Below are positions 63,002 through 64,000 of a stretch of 64,000 bases of DNA, piece after piece. Every line of letters begins with the position of its first letter. Within the stretch, counting starts at the first letter, position 1. This DNA comes from Pseudovirgaria hyperparasitica (taxonomy: Eukaryota). A program made the translations under genes and the position numbers. The stretch lies in assembly GCA_010093815.1 (NCBI GenBank), contig ML996565.1; one strand, 5' to 3'. The notes below the pieces were generated by a model, which saw only the letters and a list, made by a program, of their open reading frames with translations, did no database searches and had not been told where the DNA came from.

Positions 63002-64000
63002 GACCAAAAGAATGAATGATAAAGATGAAAGCTCCTGGAGATAGAAAGAATAACAGCAGTTAGATGTGAATTCATGGCTTGGGTTCCTGAAGGACTTGCC
63101 TACTCTTATATATAGCTTTATGAGAATATCGAGGACTCTACTCAGAATGTTTGGGAACCTAGGGGTTTCAGCTATTCATTCTAGCTCTTCAATACCCATG
63201 ACTAGAGCGAGTCAGCCTTCAAGTATGTCGGGCATCCGCTGATGTCGAAAGTGACATGAGAGAGTCATGAAGTTTTGAACGGTAGTCTCGTCTGGGTTAA
63301 ACCGTGTGTGCAAACCAGAATATCCCGGATCCGGCAGTTGCTCATTATCAGAATTTTTTCCGTAATTTTTTCCGTTAACCTATTCCGGCGTGATCCCGAG
63401 AGCTAGTACTAGTTCAAACAAGCTAGCGCTAGACTCTCTGGTACTTCTACTACTAATAGTAGATTTGGTCTGGTTTCAATAGCGGTAGACATCTTATGAT
63501 TTCAAAGATTATACTATTTCAGGAATTCCAACTAGCACTTGGTGCGTGTTAGCAAATAAGCCTAAGTACTCCTAGAAATTAAGTACTAATTATATGTTCA
63601 TATGCAGACTGTATTTATGTGTCTTTATACTAGTTCAATACTATAATCTTATACAAGCTATATAAAATGGCACCAGAGAAGCTCTAATAGATGTATACGA
63701 TTACTAGGGTGGCCTGCGGCCGGTAGACTATAGGCCCTCGTGGAGAAAGTCAGGCTAAGGCATAGCGGAAAAGCGATACTCCACGCCGAGACATGAAACA
63801 TTATTGCATCATAAACCGTGATTTTCACCCGGTGATTCTAATGAGGGCGCCAGCGGGTGCTGGTTAAATATTGTATCTTTTTATAATTCCTTTGGAATGG
63901 TGGGGGTCGCGAGCCGGGAACTATAACTTTTATGTAGGGCGACATTCAGAACACAGCACGTGTCCTTGTCTTCTGTCGCTAACCTTGTCGGGAACAGGTG

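Noticed and set aside
1..64000. tRNA, rRNA or CAAX a-factor pheromone genes
   Set aside because: No T-loop/cloverleaf, rRNA-like tract or short CAAX-stop ORF seen; the manual scan was not exhaustive

Overview
Eukaryotic DNA from a filamentous ascomycete (Pezizomycotina), judged from short GT-AG introns with CTRAC/CTAAC branch sites, Zn2Cys6 regulators and RIP-like TpA-rich relics. The first ~10.5 kb has no intact gene: it holds microsatellites and stop-riddled coding-like relics, including a RING-finger tail. Next is a 5-exon Est1/SMG5-6-7-family gene (C2H2 finger, Est1/14-3-3-like domain, degenerate PIN), followed at once by a 42-nt near-perfect hairpin and a small ORF with an internal peptide repeat. 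Then come ALG5, a Zn2Cys6 TF, an S41 peptidase, a 3-hydroxyisobutyrate-dehydrogenase/CMD pair, NSRP1-like and NFKBIL1-like genes, a GT69 and an RRM-like gene. A beta-mannoside cluster follows: a decapitated ClrB/CLR-2-like pseudogene, a sugar porter, mndB and mndA, with a CGG-N8-CCG site. The window ends in an accessory-looking region with a PAN/repeat secreted protein, a RIP-type relic, a GT31, a 5-exon small Cys-rich secreted protein and an HEXXH metalloprotease. Three otherwise intact genes each carry a single frameshift. All assignments come from manual reading and recalled motifs; no searches were run.
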